Below, piece after piece: positions 9,252-19,027 of a stretch of 64,000 nucleotides of DNA (the stretch's first letter is position 1; each line of letters opens with the position of its first letter). The position numbers were made by a program, and so were the translations under genes. The stretch is from Candidatus Gottesmanbacteria bacterium (GTDB lineage Bacteria > Patescibacteriota > Microgenomatia > UBA10105 > UBA927). The notes under the pieces were generated by a model. It saw nothing but the letters and a program-made list of their open reading frames with translations, was not told the DNA's origin and ran no database searches. Location: the NCBI GenBank assembly GCA_023245335.1, contig JAHFKK010000001.1, positions 17,918 to 81,917 of the forward strand, written 5' to 3'.

Positions 9252-10239
9252 AAATAAAACAGTACAGGATTAGCCCCACAAAAAACCCTTTGACCGCAAA
9301 CCCTATCCCCTTTTCTTCATAGACGAAGATCAAAAACTTGCGGATTAGAAAAATATGGATAACAAGTGCGCCCGCACATAACAATAATAGAATTTTGAGT
9401 CCAACAGTCATGACCCCGAGCGTCGCAACTGCACCAATGACACTTGCGACCGCTAACACGATGCTTCCGACCCCGGAAATTGCCGTTATCGCCTCAGTCA
9501 TAGTGGTTGCTACCGGATCGAATCGTTTACGACGCTGGTAGAGCTTCGTCCAATAATACGCGCGGAGAAAATATTTTTTGGCTATGGGCCAAAATCCTTC
9601 AAATTCATGCCGGACGCGGACGTGCGGCGCGAATATTATGGCGTACCGCCGGGCTATCCGATATGTCAGCTCAATATCCTCGACCAGTGGCGCCGGGTAC
9701 GTCTCATCGAAACCCCCGAGACGCTGAAATACGGTCTTTTTGATGGAAGCGATGCGGGTTGAGAACAAGAAGTAGTACCCGCTTTTATCCCGCTCGTTTA
9801 TCCAATAGCTCCAGTCACGCAGCGCTTTAAAATTGGGGAAAAAATCATGACTTCTTTGCTCTTTGACCCAGACTCCCGTGAGAGCTACGACATCAGGATC
9901 GTCCCCGTAAATCTTTGCGATTTCCGAAAGCGTGTCGGGAAACACTTCGACGTCTCCGTCCAGAAACACAACAAATTTCCCTTTCGCACTTCCTACCCCC
10001 CTGTTTCGCGCGATCGCCGGACCTTTATTCGCTTTGAGGGTCACGACCCGTATAAGAAGCGTTCTAAATTTTTTTCTATATTCGGGGCCTGACGCCCGAT
10101 ACTCACGTTTACTGCCGTCATCGACGATGATTACTTCAAACTCGGGGGCTTTTTTGCTTCTGCCGAGCGACACCAGTAACCGTTCAATTTTTTCGGGTGC
10201 GTTGTAATACGGGATGATGACAGATAAATACGGTCTCAT
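9208..10239 (-). CDS. GT2 polyprenyl-phosphate sugar synthase-like glycosyltransferase with C-terminal TM helices (GtrB/ArnC-like)
   Basis: LSVIIPYYNAPEKI...EVIIVDDGS...ARNRGV...FLDGDV, followed by two C-terminal TM helices. Confidence 0.75.
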   Translation of the reverse strand: MRPYLSVIIPYYNAPEKIERLLVSLGRSKKAPEFEVIIVDDGSKREYRASGPEYRKKFRTLLIRVVTLKANKGPAIARNRGVGSAKGKFVVFLDGDVEVFPDTLSEIAKIYGDDPDVVALTGVWVKEQRSHDFFPNFKALRDWSYWINERDKSGYYFLFSTRIASIKKTVFQRLGGFDETYPAPLVEDIELTYRIARRYAIIFAPHVRVRHEFEGFWPIAKKYFLRAYYWTKLYQRRKRFDPVATTMTEAITAISGVGSIVLAVASVIGAVATLGVMTVGLKILLLLCAGALVIHIFLIRKFLIFVYEEKGIGFAVKGFFVGLILYCFIFAGAISGRILHASP

Positions 10240-10247
10240 CTTAACTC

Positions 10248-11384
10248 TTACAGTGCCTGAAGCACTTTTTGGGCAGTGGATATGACATACGTCAGTTCAT
10301 TGGCCTTCATACCCGCATACATGGGCATACGAATGAGTGTAGAAGCGACATTGTCGGTCACCGGCAATGCCCGTTTCGCTCCCCCAAGCGTTTTTCCCAT
10401 CGGCGCCGTATGAAGCGGTACATAATGAGTCGATACTTCTATATGATGTTCCCGCATTTTTGATACAAATTTTTTACGTGCTTCCAAAGAGCGAAACTTC
10501 AGCGCATATATGTGCCAATTAGGGTTCGTCATGCCTCGGGGGACAACCGGTAACTGCACGTTCGATGAAAATCGCTTCCATGCGTTAGTATACTCTGTAG
10601 CAATATGTAGTCTATCTTTATTGATTATATCAATTTGATCTAATTGTACATTGAGTAAAGCCGCAAATATATCAGAAAGATAGTAACTACTTCCTTCCCC
10701 TACCCACTGATATATGGACACCTTTCCCTGCAAGAAGGCCTGCCGATCTGTCCCTATCGCACGAAAAATTTCCAGCTTGTCCGCCAAACGACGGTCGTTA
10801 GTCACGATAGCACCGCCTTCGCCGCATGCAACATTTTTGGTACCGTGAAAGCTGAATGCCCCGGCCGAACCAAATGTTCCCAGCGCCTTTCCTTTATATG
10901 TTGCGCCTATACAATGAGCCGCGTCCTCTACCAGCCACAATTTATGATCTTTAGCAAGCCTACGAAGAGCGTCAAACGCTGGTCCTGCCATGCCCGCATA
11001 ATGGACCGTCATTATCCCGACCGTACGTTTCGTTATGACCCGCTCGACATCTTTCGGATCCAGGCAGTACGTCACCGGATCTATGTCCGCGAATACCGGT
11101 TTTGCGCCCCGAAGCATAACCCCTGTCGCAGTTGAAGCAAGCGTGAAACTCGGTACGATTACCTCATCGCCGGTTTTAGTTCCCAGTGTCGCCACAGCCA
11201 TATCCATCGCGTGTGTACATGAAGTTACCGGCAAGGCAAACTTCGCTCCGGTCATTTTTTTCAGCTTTTCCCTGAAAATTTGACTATTTGGTCCGTCTGC
11301 CGTGCCGGAACCCGTCCGCATAGCGTGAATGACGGCATCTTCCGCCTCCTTACCCCAATATGGTTTGTGAAGAGGGATATTCAT
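10248..11384 (-). CDS. DegT/DnrJ/EryC1/StrS-family PLP-dependent sugar aminotransferase
   Basis: MNIPLHKPYW..., VIVPSFTLASTA, FSFHGTKNVACGEGGAIVTND. Confidence 0.85.
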   Translation of the reverse strand: MNIPLHKPYWGKEAEDAVIHAMRTGSGTADGPNSQIFREKLKKMTGAKFALPVTSCTHAMDMAVATLGTKTGDEVIVPSFTLASTATGVMLRGAKPVFADIDPVTYCLDPKDVERVITKRTVGIMTVHYAGMAGPAFDALRRLAKDHKLWLVEDAAHCIGATYKGKALGTFGSAGAFSFHGTKNVACGEGGAIVTNDRRLADKLEIFRAIGTDRQAFLQGKVSIYQWVGEGSSYYLSDIFAALLNVQLDQIDIINKDRLHIATEYTNAWKRFSSNVQLPVVPRGMTNPNWHIYALKFRSLEARKKFVSKMREHHIEVSTHYVPLHTAPMGKTLGGAKRALPVTDNVASTLIRMPMYAGMKANELTYVISTAQKVLQAL

Positions 11385-11920
11385 ATATGAAGTTTCTTTA
11401 TTTCTCTCGCCGGGACGCCAACGACGACGACGTGATCCGGCACATTTTTCGTTACGACGGCCCCTGCACCAATCACGCTTTCTCGCCCGATCGTCACACC
11501 GGGCAAAATAATGGCACCCGTACCTATATAGGAGCCTCGTTTCATGACAACCGGTGATTCTTTCGTGGGATATGCCTTCTGAAGCGGATGGTCCGCATAG
11601 CCGACGTTTATATGGGTGACCGTGGTCGTCCTGTTTGACAACGTCACATCATCCTCAATGGTAACCCCACCGCGCACATCCAGCATAACGTCATCTCCTA
11701 CAAAGCATCTGCTGCCAATGGTCAATTTTCTAAAACCATAGTGATAGAGATTCTCAAAACGAACGTCAAATATAACGGTATCTCTACCGATCTTCGCCCC
11801 GGCCAAACGCAGGAGCCATACCCGGACAGGCGGCAAAGAAACGTGGATGAGCCACATATACCACCCATACCACAGGAACCGCAATGCTTTACCCATACCG
11901 ATACTCTCGAGAGCTCTCAT
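11381..11920 (-). CDS. Hexapeptide-repeat (LbH) sugar N/O-acetyltransferase (WbpD/PglD-like)
   Basis: Left-handed beta-helix hexapeptide repeats (GAIILPGVTIGRESVIGAGAVVTKNVPDHVVVVGVPA). 4-nt overlaps with both neighbours. Confidence 0.8.
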   Translation of the reverse strand: MRALESIGMGKALRFLWYGWYMWLIHVSLPPVRVWLLRLAGAKIGRDTVIFDVRFENLYHYGFRKLTIGSRCFVGDDVMLDVRGGVTIEDDVTLSNRTTTVTHINVGYADHPLQKAYPTKESPVVMKRGSYIGTGAIILPGVTIGRESVIGAGAVVTKNVPDHVVVVGVPAREIKKLHI

Positions 11921-11921
11921 A

Positions 11922-12707
11922 TCACGTCCGCCTTCCTAACTGACTCCGGAGCTTCCATAAGTTTACCAGATAATCCGTCGTATCCCGAATGATATTAACG
12001 GATGAATGCTTATCAAACCGCCGCAAAAACAAGACCGGCTCTTCTTTAATCCTCAGTCCCGCGCGCCTCGCATATACCATGATCTCCGTATCCCAAAACC
12101 ATCCCGGGTTTCTGGCTTTCGACAACACCGGAAGGATCTTTTTCCGGGAAAAAAATTTGTACCCAGTTTCAGTGTCTAAGCCCCCCGTGCCGATCATTTT
12201 ATCCGACAACCACTGATAACCGCGGCTTAAAATCTCCCGCAGCGCCGCGCGCGGACTGGTACGGTAGTACCGTTTACCTATGACGACATCCGCTTCTCCC
12301 GAAAGAACAAGCGAAACCAGCTTCGGCATATAGATAGGGTCTACTTCACAATCGATATCCATATATCCCACTATTTTCCCCTTTGCGGCCCGTATACCAT
12401 CCGATACGGTCCGTCCCCGACCGCGATTGACCGCATGGAAAACGGCCCGGTAACGGAAAATCCCGGTAGTTTTACACGTGTCCTTAATAAATTTTTGTGT
12501 TCCGTCGGAACTCGCATCATCGACAAATATCACCTCATGGGAAAGCTTCGAGGCCTCAAGGACAGATTGAATACGGGCTACACTACTCGTAAATAGTCCC
12601 GCTTCGTTATAACACGGTAAAATGAGGGATAAATCCAATCCGCGTTTCATCCTGGGGTATAGTACGATAGTTAGTGACCGTTGACAAGAATATTCATTAC
12701 CGCTCAT
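11922..12707 (-). CDS. GT2 glycosyltransferase, DPM1-like (polyprenyl-phosphate sugar synthase)
   Basis: LSLILPCYNEAGLF...VIFVDDASSDGT...DGIRAAKGKIVGYMDIDCE. Confidence 0.8.
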   Translation of the reverse strand: MSGNEYSCQRSLTIVLYPRMKRGLDLSLILPCYNEAGLFTSSVARIQSVLEASKLSHEVIFVDDASSDGTQKFIKDTCKTTGIFRYRAVFHAVNRGRGRTVSDGIRAAKGKIVGYMDIDCEVDPIYMPKLVSLVLSGEADVVIGKRYYRTSPRAALREILSRGYQWLSDKMIGTGGLDTETGYKFFSRKKILPVLSKARNPGWFWDTEIMVYARRAGLRIKEEPVLFLRRFDKHSSVNIIRDTTDYLVNLWKLRSQLGRRT

Positions 12708-14211
12708 ACATACCGGGTATCACCGGAACGGAATGAAAATGAGCCGTGATATAGGAAACGTCAGCGGCAGGAAGACCCTGCAGTCGACCCAATTTCCCTT
12801 CATACATATAGTGGGTTTGCGTCACTTCCAGAGCTTTGGAAAGGGACGGTAGCGAGCGGCTAAGGAACGGTATCCATTGTCCGAACGGCACACCCGACAC
12901 ATAGTACGGATCCTTGTAATAAATGGTAGAGCCCACAAGATCAAAAACATACGAATCCTTCGGAACCGCCGTTATGACGTCGTGAAGAATCGTATAATCA
13001 CTTCTATTCGTAAGTGCCAGTTTGGGCTCATTTACCCGAATGTTTACCTCAAAGAGAACAAAAAGCAGTGTGATACACGTAACGGCAAAAAGTATCGATC
13101 CCGCGACAGTACGCATGAGGCGCAGTCGAAGTACGTGTATAAAATCCGCAGCATAAAACGCGGCAAACACGGAAACGGGAATGAGGTATTGTTCATTTCG
13201 CATCGGATAGCCATGAGTAAATGTCAGGACATAGGCAAGCATCGATCCCCCGATTAGGACCTCTGCCCACGCGCCCTTCTTCCCGTTGGGCAAAAACGGC
13301 GTCACGAGACGAACTGATCCCATGATAAGTCCTGTGAGCCAAATTGCATGATTCGCGATAAGACCGCTTCCTACTCCATCCCCTCCGTATAGGAGGCCGT
13401 TGGGATAAAAAAACTGATACGGCATAATCGGAAATATCTCGCCCAAACGGTTGACTTCGAGCGGCAACTTTGTCAAAGAGTAGACGACCGTATTAAATTG
13501 TCCGAGATTCCTTGCTACTGCCGCTATCCAAATGCCGAATACGACAATCGGCATCCCCAACCCGAAAATGAAATACCACATACTCCTCCCCCGACTCCTC
13601 CGCTCACCGCAAAAAAACCACACTGCTGTTATCGCAAGTGCGACAGCCACCTGGGGTAATGTTTTCGGCAATATAAGAAGTGAAGCCGAGTACGACAGGC
13701 CGCTCAATAACCACGATCGATATTTCTTATCGTCTGAGAATGCATGAATATGGAATATCATGCCGAGAATTACAAGGAGCATAGAGAGGCTATCCGGCCT
13801 GATCTCCAAAAATTTATCTGCCGGGATCGGCATGAACGCGAGAAAGACTCCCGCAAGAAGTGCCACCCAGGTTTTTCGAACCTGCCAAAATAGAATAACT
13901 GTGGACGTCACGATCCCGGTAAATACGACTCCCGCAAATACCCTTCCGGCAAGTAATATGGACGTGCCTCTTGCAAGCCAAAATAGTGGAGCGAGGGTAT
14001 ACAAAAATCCCGGCGGGACATACGAAAGGAAATCGACAAACGGAAGCCGTCCTACGAACACGTTGTGCGCCCAATGGAGGTAGGCCATTTCATCGGCGTC
14101 AAAATACCGAATCATACCGACCCGCCACCGCCACCACAAAAAAATGATACATAACAAGGCAGTCAGGAAAATAGGTATACTTCGGACAATGCCGCGCATT
14201 TGTTTTGTCAT
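12697..14211 (-). CDS. GT-C membrane glycosyltransferase, GT39/ArnT/PMT-like
   Basis: About 12 TM helices. First periplasmic loop carries the DE motif (RYFDADEMAYLHWAHN) characteristic of ArnT/PMT GT-C enzymes. Confidence 0.7.
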   Translation of the reverse strand: MTKQMRGIVRSIPIFLTALLCIIFLWWRWRVGMIRYFDADEMAYLHWAHNVFVGRLPFVDFLSYVPPGFLYTLAPLFWLARGTSILLAGRVFAGVVFTGIVTSTVILFWQVRKTWVALLAGVFLAFMPIPADKFLEIRPDSLSMLLVILGMIFHIHAFSDDKKYRSWLLSGLSYSASLLILPKTLPQVAVALAITAVWFFCGERRSRGRSMWYFIFGLGMPIVVFGIWIAAVARNLGQFNTVVYSLTKLPLEVNRLGEIFPIMPYQFFYPNGLLYGGDGVGSGLIANHAIWLTGLIMGSVRLVTPFLPNGKKGAWAEVLIGGSMLAYVLTFTHGYPMRNEQYLIPVSVFAAFYAADFIHVLRLRLMRTVAGSILFAVTCITLLFVLFEVNIRVNEPKLALTNRSDYTILHDVITAVPKDSYVFDLVGSTIYYKDPYYVSGVPFGQWIPFLSRSLPSLSKALEVTQTHYMYEGKLGRLQGLPAADVSYITAHFHSVPVIPGMYER

Positions 14212-14218
14212 AGAAACG

Positions 14219-14227
14219 AATATAACA
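14219..14227 (-). promoter_or_regulatory. Extended -10 (TGtTATATT) for the divergent minus-strand GT39 operon; leaderless geometry
   Basis: The reverse complement of 14219..14227 reads TGTTATATT, ending 7 nt upstream of start codon 14209..14211. Confidence 0.3.
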
Positions 14228-14229
14228 AT

Positions 14230-14257
14230 TTAACAATATACGTATTTCGCCTACAAT
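14230..14257 (+). promoter_or_regulatory. Sigma70-like promoter (TTAACA-16-TACAAT) for the 14264 GT-C operon; leaderless geometry
   Basis: TACAAT at 14252..14257 ends 6 nt before ATG 14264. Confidence 0.4.
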
Positions 14258-14263
14258 ACGAGT

Positions 14264-15943
14264 ATGCGTAAAGGCCTCACGGAAAAATTCGCGGTTATTC
14301 TCATAGGCATTGCTATCGTCATCATCGATCTTTGGCACGTCATCACCCAGTGGATAGCAAACCCACCCGACCGGTATTTCACCGGAATCGCTCACTATTA
14401 TGCGGACTATTTTCTCTACATATCCCAAATTGCCCAAGGAATTTCCGGAAATTGGATCATGGCCAATCACATGTATACGAACGAAAAATTACCGCCGGCA
14501 TGGATATACTGGCCGAATGTCCTTGCGGGCCGGATCGGGAGCGTCTTCACTCATTCTCCATTTCTCATCTATACCATCGGTTTAATACTCGCAGTCATCC
14601 TCCTCCTTATACTCATGTGGAGACTCGTGACGGAAATATTTCCGAAACGCCCAACCACACAAATCGTCGCATTTTTTCTTGCCTGTACAGCATCAAATTT
14701 TGCCGATATGCGGGCGTTATTTTCCCAAAATTCTTTCCGCATCGTCGGCGATACATGGTTTTCCCCGACACCGGCCCTCAACCGATTTGGGGGCGTCCCC
14801 CACCAAACACTCCAAACGATTCTCCTCCTTTTAACCGTCTTCCTTTATACCCGAATACCTCATAAACCATCCCTGAAATCGACGGCGCACCTGTGGCGCA
14901 TCGCGGGATTTATCGCTGTAAGCTTCCTCTCGGCGACACTATCTCCAATTCAGATGCTATTAGTGTGTGCGTCCTTGTCCATAACAACACTCATCTCCGA
15001 ACGATTCAAATTCACTCACCGTCTCTATTACCTTGCTATCGCTTCCGGCCTCGCGTCTGCTTTCCTCGGCGCATTTCTTGTCAATCACGCCTTTGATACG
15101 ACTCCTATTTTTGCCGCGGCCAAATCATTTGAACTTTCTCAACGCGTTTCCATGGCCTTGGTGCCGTTTCTCATCGCTATGGGACCGATAATCCTTCTTA
15201 TTCCTTTCGGGGTATACGCCTATCTTCGGAAACCAACTCCTCTCAAAATCGCTCTCCTTATATACGGCGTCGCATCGCTTGTCGCCTTTTTCTCGCCCTT
15301 GCCGCTTTTTTTGGGTACCGCCAACGTGCGTTGGCTGCATCCTGCTTCATACATTATTTTCCCACTTCTTGCGGCTGAAGCTATTATGACGGTATCTACA
15401 TGGTTGAGTTCCCGATTCCTTCACACCCAAAGAAAAATATTCTTCACGCTTTTTTATACGTTGATAATCAGCGCATACCTCTGTACGACAATTCCTTCGC
15501 TCATCGCCCAAGTCGTCGCCCGTAGTAGCCGGGAAACCGCCCCGGTTTTATTTAGCGATCTTAACCACGTCCCCAAAGATGCGGTAGCCGCATTTGCGGC
15601 ACTCAAAACATACCCGCAGAGCGGAATTGTGCTCACCGATCCCGGCCTACCGTATGACCTCCTTGTACCCATATTTACCGGTAAACCGTCTTTTACCGGT
15701 CATCCCATCCATACGCTCTACCCCTCGACGAAAGAAACGTTGCGCCAAACATTTTTTGGCGGGAAGATGACTGAAAGAGAGGCAAAACAATTCCTTAATG
15801 ATCACCGAATCGCGTATCTACTCGTCGCAACGGCAAATAAATCTGCCGTGTTACGATATTCCTTCGTCTCTCAACGATTTGACAATGGCTCACTGACGAT
15901 CTGCGCCATAGATACTGCCCACATAAACGTGCGGACGCAGTAA
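14264..15943 (+). CDS. Polytopic membrane protein, putative GT-C glycosyltransferase (paralog family member 1)
   Basis: About 12 TM helices. N-terminal loop motif DYFLYISQIAQG and FGGVPHQ. Paralogous to 21812..23497 and 25531..27090. Confidence 0.55.
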   Translation: MRKGLTEKFAVILIGIAIVIIDLWHVITQWIANPPDRYFTGIAHYYADYFLYISQIAQGISGNWIMANHMYTNEKLPPAWIYWPNVLAGRIGSVFTHSPFLIYTIGLILAVILLLILMWRLVTEIFPKRPTTQIVAFFLACTASNFADMRALFSQNSFRIVGDTWFSPTPALNRFGGVPHQTLQTILLLLTVFLYTRIPHKPSLKSTAHLWRIAGFIAVSFLSATLSPIQMLLVCASLSITTLISERFKFTHRLYYLAIASGLASAFLGAFLVNHAFDTTPIFAAAKSFELSQRVSMALVPFLIAMGPIILLIPFGVYAYLRKPTPLKIALLIYGVASLVAFFSPLPLFLGTANVRWLHPASYIIFPLLAAEAIMTVSTWLSSRFLHTQRKIFFTLFYTLIISAYLCTTIPSLIAQVVARSSRETAPVLFSDLNHVPKDAVAAFAALKTYPQSGIVLTDPGLPYDLLVPIFTGKPSFTGHPIHTLYPSTKETLRQTFFGGKMTEREAKQFLNDHRIAYLLVATANKSAVLRYSFVSQRFDNGSLTICAIDTAHINVRTQ

Positions 15944-15944
15944 T

Positions 15945-17600
15945 ATGCTTGTGATGAAAAAAATACTTCATTGGATGACTATCAATCCCGGCTTCGTGTT
16001 GGTTTTCGTTTTTTTGGTGGTAGAGCTTGCCGTCATGAATGATTACGGCCTGACGTGGGATTTTCATTTCCATTTCTTCGGCGGAGGAAAACTCTTGGGC
16101 TACAGCTGGCAACAACTCGAATCCCGCCCGCTCCCTTATGTAGAGCCGGATCCAAGAAACGCTTGGACATTGCCGTACGGTCCCCTCATGAGCATACCCC
16201 CGGTCGCATCATTCCTCCTTTTGCATAATGCGTGGCACGTTTTAGCCTTCGACAATGCATACAATCTCCCGATTATTCTCTGGGGTGCAATTGGCGTCGC
16301 CATACTCTATCTCTTTCTTGATGAAGCATTTGGGAAACGGGTCGCATTACTCGGCGCGTTGTTTTTAGCATTGACCCCCCGATACGTAGGAGACTTGCAC
16401 AACAACATGAAGGATGTGCCATCCGCAGTGTCGTTTGCACTCAATATATGGCTTCTCTGGCGCCTCGCGAAATTCCGTAAGCCAATCGACCTCCTGTGGG
16501 CCATCCTTGCCTTTGCACTAGCTTTCAATGTCAAAATCAACAGTGTCTTCATACCGGTCGTCTTTGGTATATGGCTGCTTCTTACCCATGCGACAATTCC
16601 CAAAATAAAAACGCTTCTCAACCTGAAAAAACCGTTTATTTGGTTTTTTGTCCTCGCGCCGCTTGCTGCGTTCTGGGTATGGGCTATCTTTTGGCAGCAT
16701 CCGATTGCCCAAATTATCCAGGCATACTCAACCTTCGGCATCGGGACCAATAATATCGAAGTCTTACTGAACGGTTCGTGGTACTGCTCCGGCTCTACCG
16801 TCCCGTGGTATTACCCGTATTGGTATATGGCCATTACGACGCCTCTCCCCATCCTCCTCCTTTTTCTCACGAGTATCGCCGTGACCATTGCCGGCCGTAC
16901 ATCAAAGCTTGCACCGACACTCTTTCTTTTTCTGCTGTGGTTCTTTATCCCACTCACCCGGTATTTCCTCCCGACAATCGGAGTCATAGATGGCGTACGG
17001 CACTTCGAAGAAGTTCTCTTCCCCATTGCAGCACTTGCTGCAGTTACACTCGACATCCTGCTTACACTCATGGGGCGCGTTAGAAAACGAGGCATGGGAA
17101 TAGCTCTTTTGATAGGAATCATGGCGTGGTTAGGATGGAATATTGTTTCGTACCATCCGTATGAAATTACGTACTTTAACGAATTAGTGGGGGGTGTCCA
17201 TGGAGCATTCAGTAAATACGACCTGGACTACTGGGGCACGAGTCAGAAGGCGGCAATAAAATGGGTAAATTCTCACGCGCCGCAGAATGCAAAAGTGCAT
17301 ATCGTCATGGCCGCAGATGTCGCGGGGATGTATCTTCGGTCGGATTTACTTCCCAACCTCAATAAATTCGGGTACGACGAGTCAGACTTTGTTGTATTTC
17401 TTAACCGCCAATCATTCTTTTATCGGTTTTTCTACGCATACGAATACTTATTGCGGCATACACCGACGTACACAGTAAGCGTCCACAACACACCGCTAAC
17501 TTGGGTATTTGATAACCGGACCCATAACACGACACCGCGTCAGACCCCGTGGTGGCAGGCAGAAGATCCGTGCATCTTGCCATACTGGCACGCGAGATAA
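15945..17600 (+). CDS. Polytopic membrane protein, GT-C/PMT_2-like glycosyltransferase
   Basis: 551 aa with many TM helices and ArnT/PMT-like topology. Starts 2 nt after the upstream gene. Confidence 0.55.
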   Translation: MLVMKKILHWMTINPGFVLVFVFLVVELAVMNDYGLTWDFHFHFFGGGKLLGYSWQQLESRPLPYVEPDPRNAWTLPYGPLMSIPPVASFLLLHNAWHVLAFDNAYNLPIILWGAIGVAILYLFLDEAFGKRVALLGALFLALTPRYVGDLHNNMKDVPSAVSFALNIWLLWRLAKFRKPIDLLWAILAFALAFNVKINSVFIPVVFGIWLLLTHATIPKIKTLLNLKKPFIWFFVLAPLAAFWVWAIFWQHPIAQIIQAYSTFGIGTNNIEVLLNGSWYCSGSTVPWYYPYWYMAITTPLPILLLFLTSIAVTIAGRTSKLAPTLFLFLLWFFIPLTRYFLPTIGVIDGVRHFEEVLFPIAALAAVTLDILLTLMGRVRKRGMGIALLIGIMAWLGWNIVSYHPYEITYFNELVGGVHGAFSKYDLDYWGTSQKAAIKWVNSHAPQNAKVHIVMAADVAGMYLRSDLLPNLNKFGYDESDFVVFLNRQSFFYRFFYAYEYLLRHTPTYTVSVHNTPLTWVFDNRTHNTTPRQTPWWQAEDPCILPYWHAR

Positions 17601-17611
17601 CATACGCACAT

Positions 17612-19027
17612 ATGCAGATCACACCACATACATCCCGGATTTCCTTCCGGACTCTCATCTCTGCGATAAGTTTGTATGCCCTGATCCATTTCTTTTTTTT
17701 GTGGATGTATACCAACATCGATGGATATTTTTACTGGGCAATAGGTCAATACCTCAAAACCGGTGTATATCCATTTGTCTCTCCGTTTATATACGCAATG
17801 CCAATCACCATATCGCCGCCTTTGTACGGAATATTCATTGCGTTTATCGGCTCGATACCGGCAGGAGATATCATCCTGCATGGAATACAGATTCTTCTCA
17901 TGACGACCACAACACTTCTACTGTACCGTCTACTTCTCACGTCAATCAAACCATATGCAGCGACCATTATAAGCATCCTCTTTCTTTTGTTTCCGGTTAA
18001 CGTCATCTACACCGGCTCCATGATGACCGAATTGGCGGCCCAAACCACGATGACAATATATCTTTTCCTTGTCTATCGGTTTACCAAAACAAAGAATATT
18101 TCTTTTCTGGCTTCCGCGATACTTCTTACCGGATGCATGACGCTCCTCAAATATCAATTTGTAATCCTTTTTATCTTTACAATAAGCTATCTGGTAGTTT
18201 CTTTCCCTAAAAAACAGTCACTCTCTCATTTCAATGGACTAAAGGTTTTCTTTGCGGTCGTTGTCATCACCACCTGGATTATCACCAACCACTCGATGAC
18301 CGGCGTCTGGGGGCTATCCGATACCAAAAAAATGCCATTTTATACGAACTTCGTATGGGATGGGAGGCACTTTCCCAAAAAAACAGATCCGTCAGTTATC
18401 GCTTTACGTCAATATGTTCCCCCTACAGCTGACCGCTACGCTGAATATTGGGATTTGCAGGGATATATCCTTCCCTATGCGCATAATGACTGGCGGGTCG
18501 TGGATGAACTTCTGGGGAATGTCGGGATTGCGGCAATCAAAACATATCCGATCGAATACATGCTGAACGGTATACGGGTATTTGTGCAAACGCTCGCCAG
18601 TCATAGCCCCTGGTGGTACAACCTACAGACCTTCGGATCCATTGACCCCGTACAACCGGTCAATTGCACCCGATTAGGAACCATTCAGTTCTGCCGGCCC
18701 ATCATCATGACCCCCTGGTCATACCCTATCTGGAACCGATATGTTGCCATATCAGCGAAGATATATAACATACTCGTTCCTTTATTACTCCTCTTTCTAT
18801 TCTTACCTTCACTGGTGATTACGTTACTGGATAAACGGATACGTATATACAGTATCATCTATCTTGTAAGTCTCGTTCCCATCTCCTATCTTGCCATGGT
18901 GGAATCACGCTACCTTATCCCGTATTATCCGCTCATAATTATCATTTGCGTCCAGGGAGTGAAAAATGCACGCGCCATACTGTCGCGCCTTGCGAACCGA
19001 ATGCAAACCAAAAAAGCAAAAGAATAG
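17612..19027 (+). CDS. Polytopic membrane protein, putative GT-C glycosyltransferase
   Basis: Multi-TM protein with loop motif TNIDGYFYWAIGQYL. Start chosen at the Met after the upstream stop; the longer ORF from 17549 overlaps the upstream gene. Confidence 0.5.
   Translation: MQITPHTSRISFRTLISAISLYALIHFFFLWMYTNIDGYFYWAIGQYLKTGVYPFVSPFIYAMPITISPPLYGIFIAFIGSIPAGDIILHGIQILLMTTTTLLLYRLLLTSIKPYAATIISILFLLFPVNVIYTGSMMTELAAQTTMTIYLFLVYRFTKTKNISFLASAILLTGCMTLLKYQFVILFIFTISYLVVSFPKKQSLSHFNGLKVFFAVVVITTWIITNHSMTGVWGLSDTKKMPFYTNFVWDGRHFPKKTDPSVIALRQYVPPTADRYAEYWDLQGYILPYAHNDWRVVDELLGNVGIAAIKTYPIEYMLNGIRVFVQTLASHSPWWYNLQTFGSIDPVQPVNCTRLGTIQFCRPIIMTPWSYPIWNRYVAISAKIYNILVPLLLLFLFLPSLVITLLDKRIRIYSIIYLVSLVPISYLAMVESRYLIPYYPLIIIICVQGVKNARAILSRLANRMQTKKAKE

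Noticed and set aside
14332-14865. 177-aa alternative-frame ORF within the 14264..15943 membrane-protein gene
   Set aside because: It lies out of frame inside a 559-aa polytopic protein with clear paralogs. Its Pro/Arg/His-rich composition is non-protein-like.
17693-17700. T8/A8 homopolymers in membrane-protein genes (17693..17700, 28722..28729, 4039..4046, 32459..32466)
   Set aside because: They encode Phe-Phe-Leu or Lys-Lys in TM or linker segments where TTT/AAA codon runs are expected. Without read-level variation I do not propose them as phase-variation sites, except for the longer A9CA6 tract reported above.
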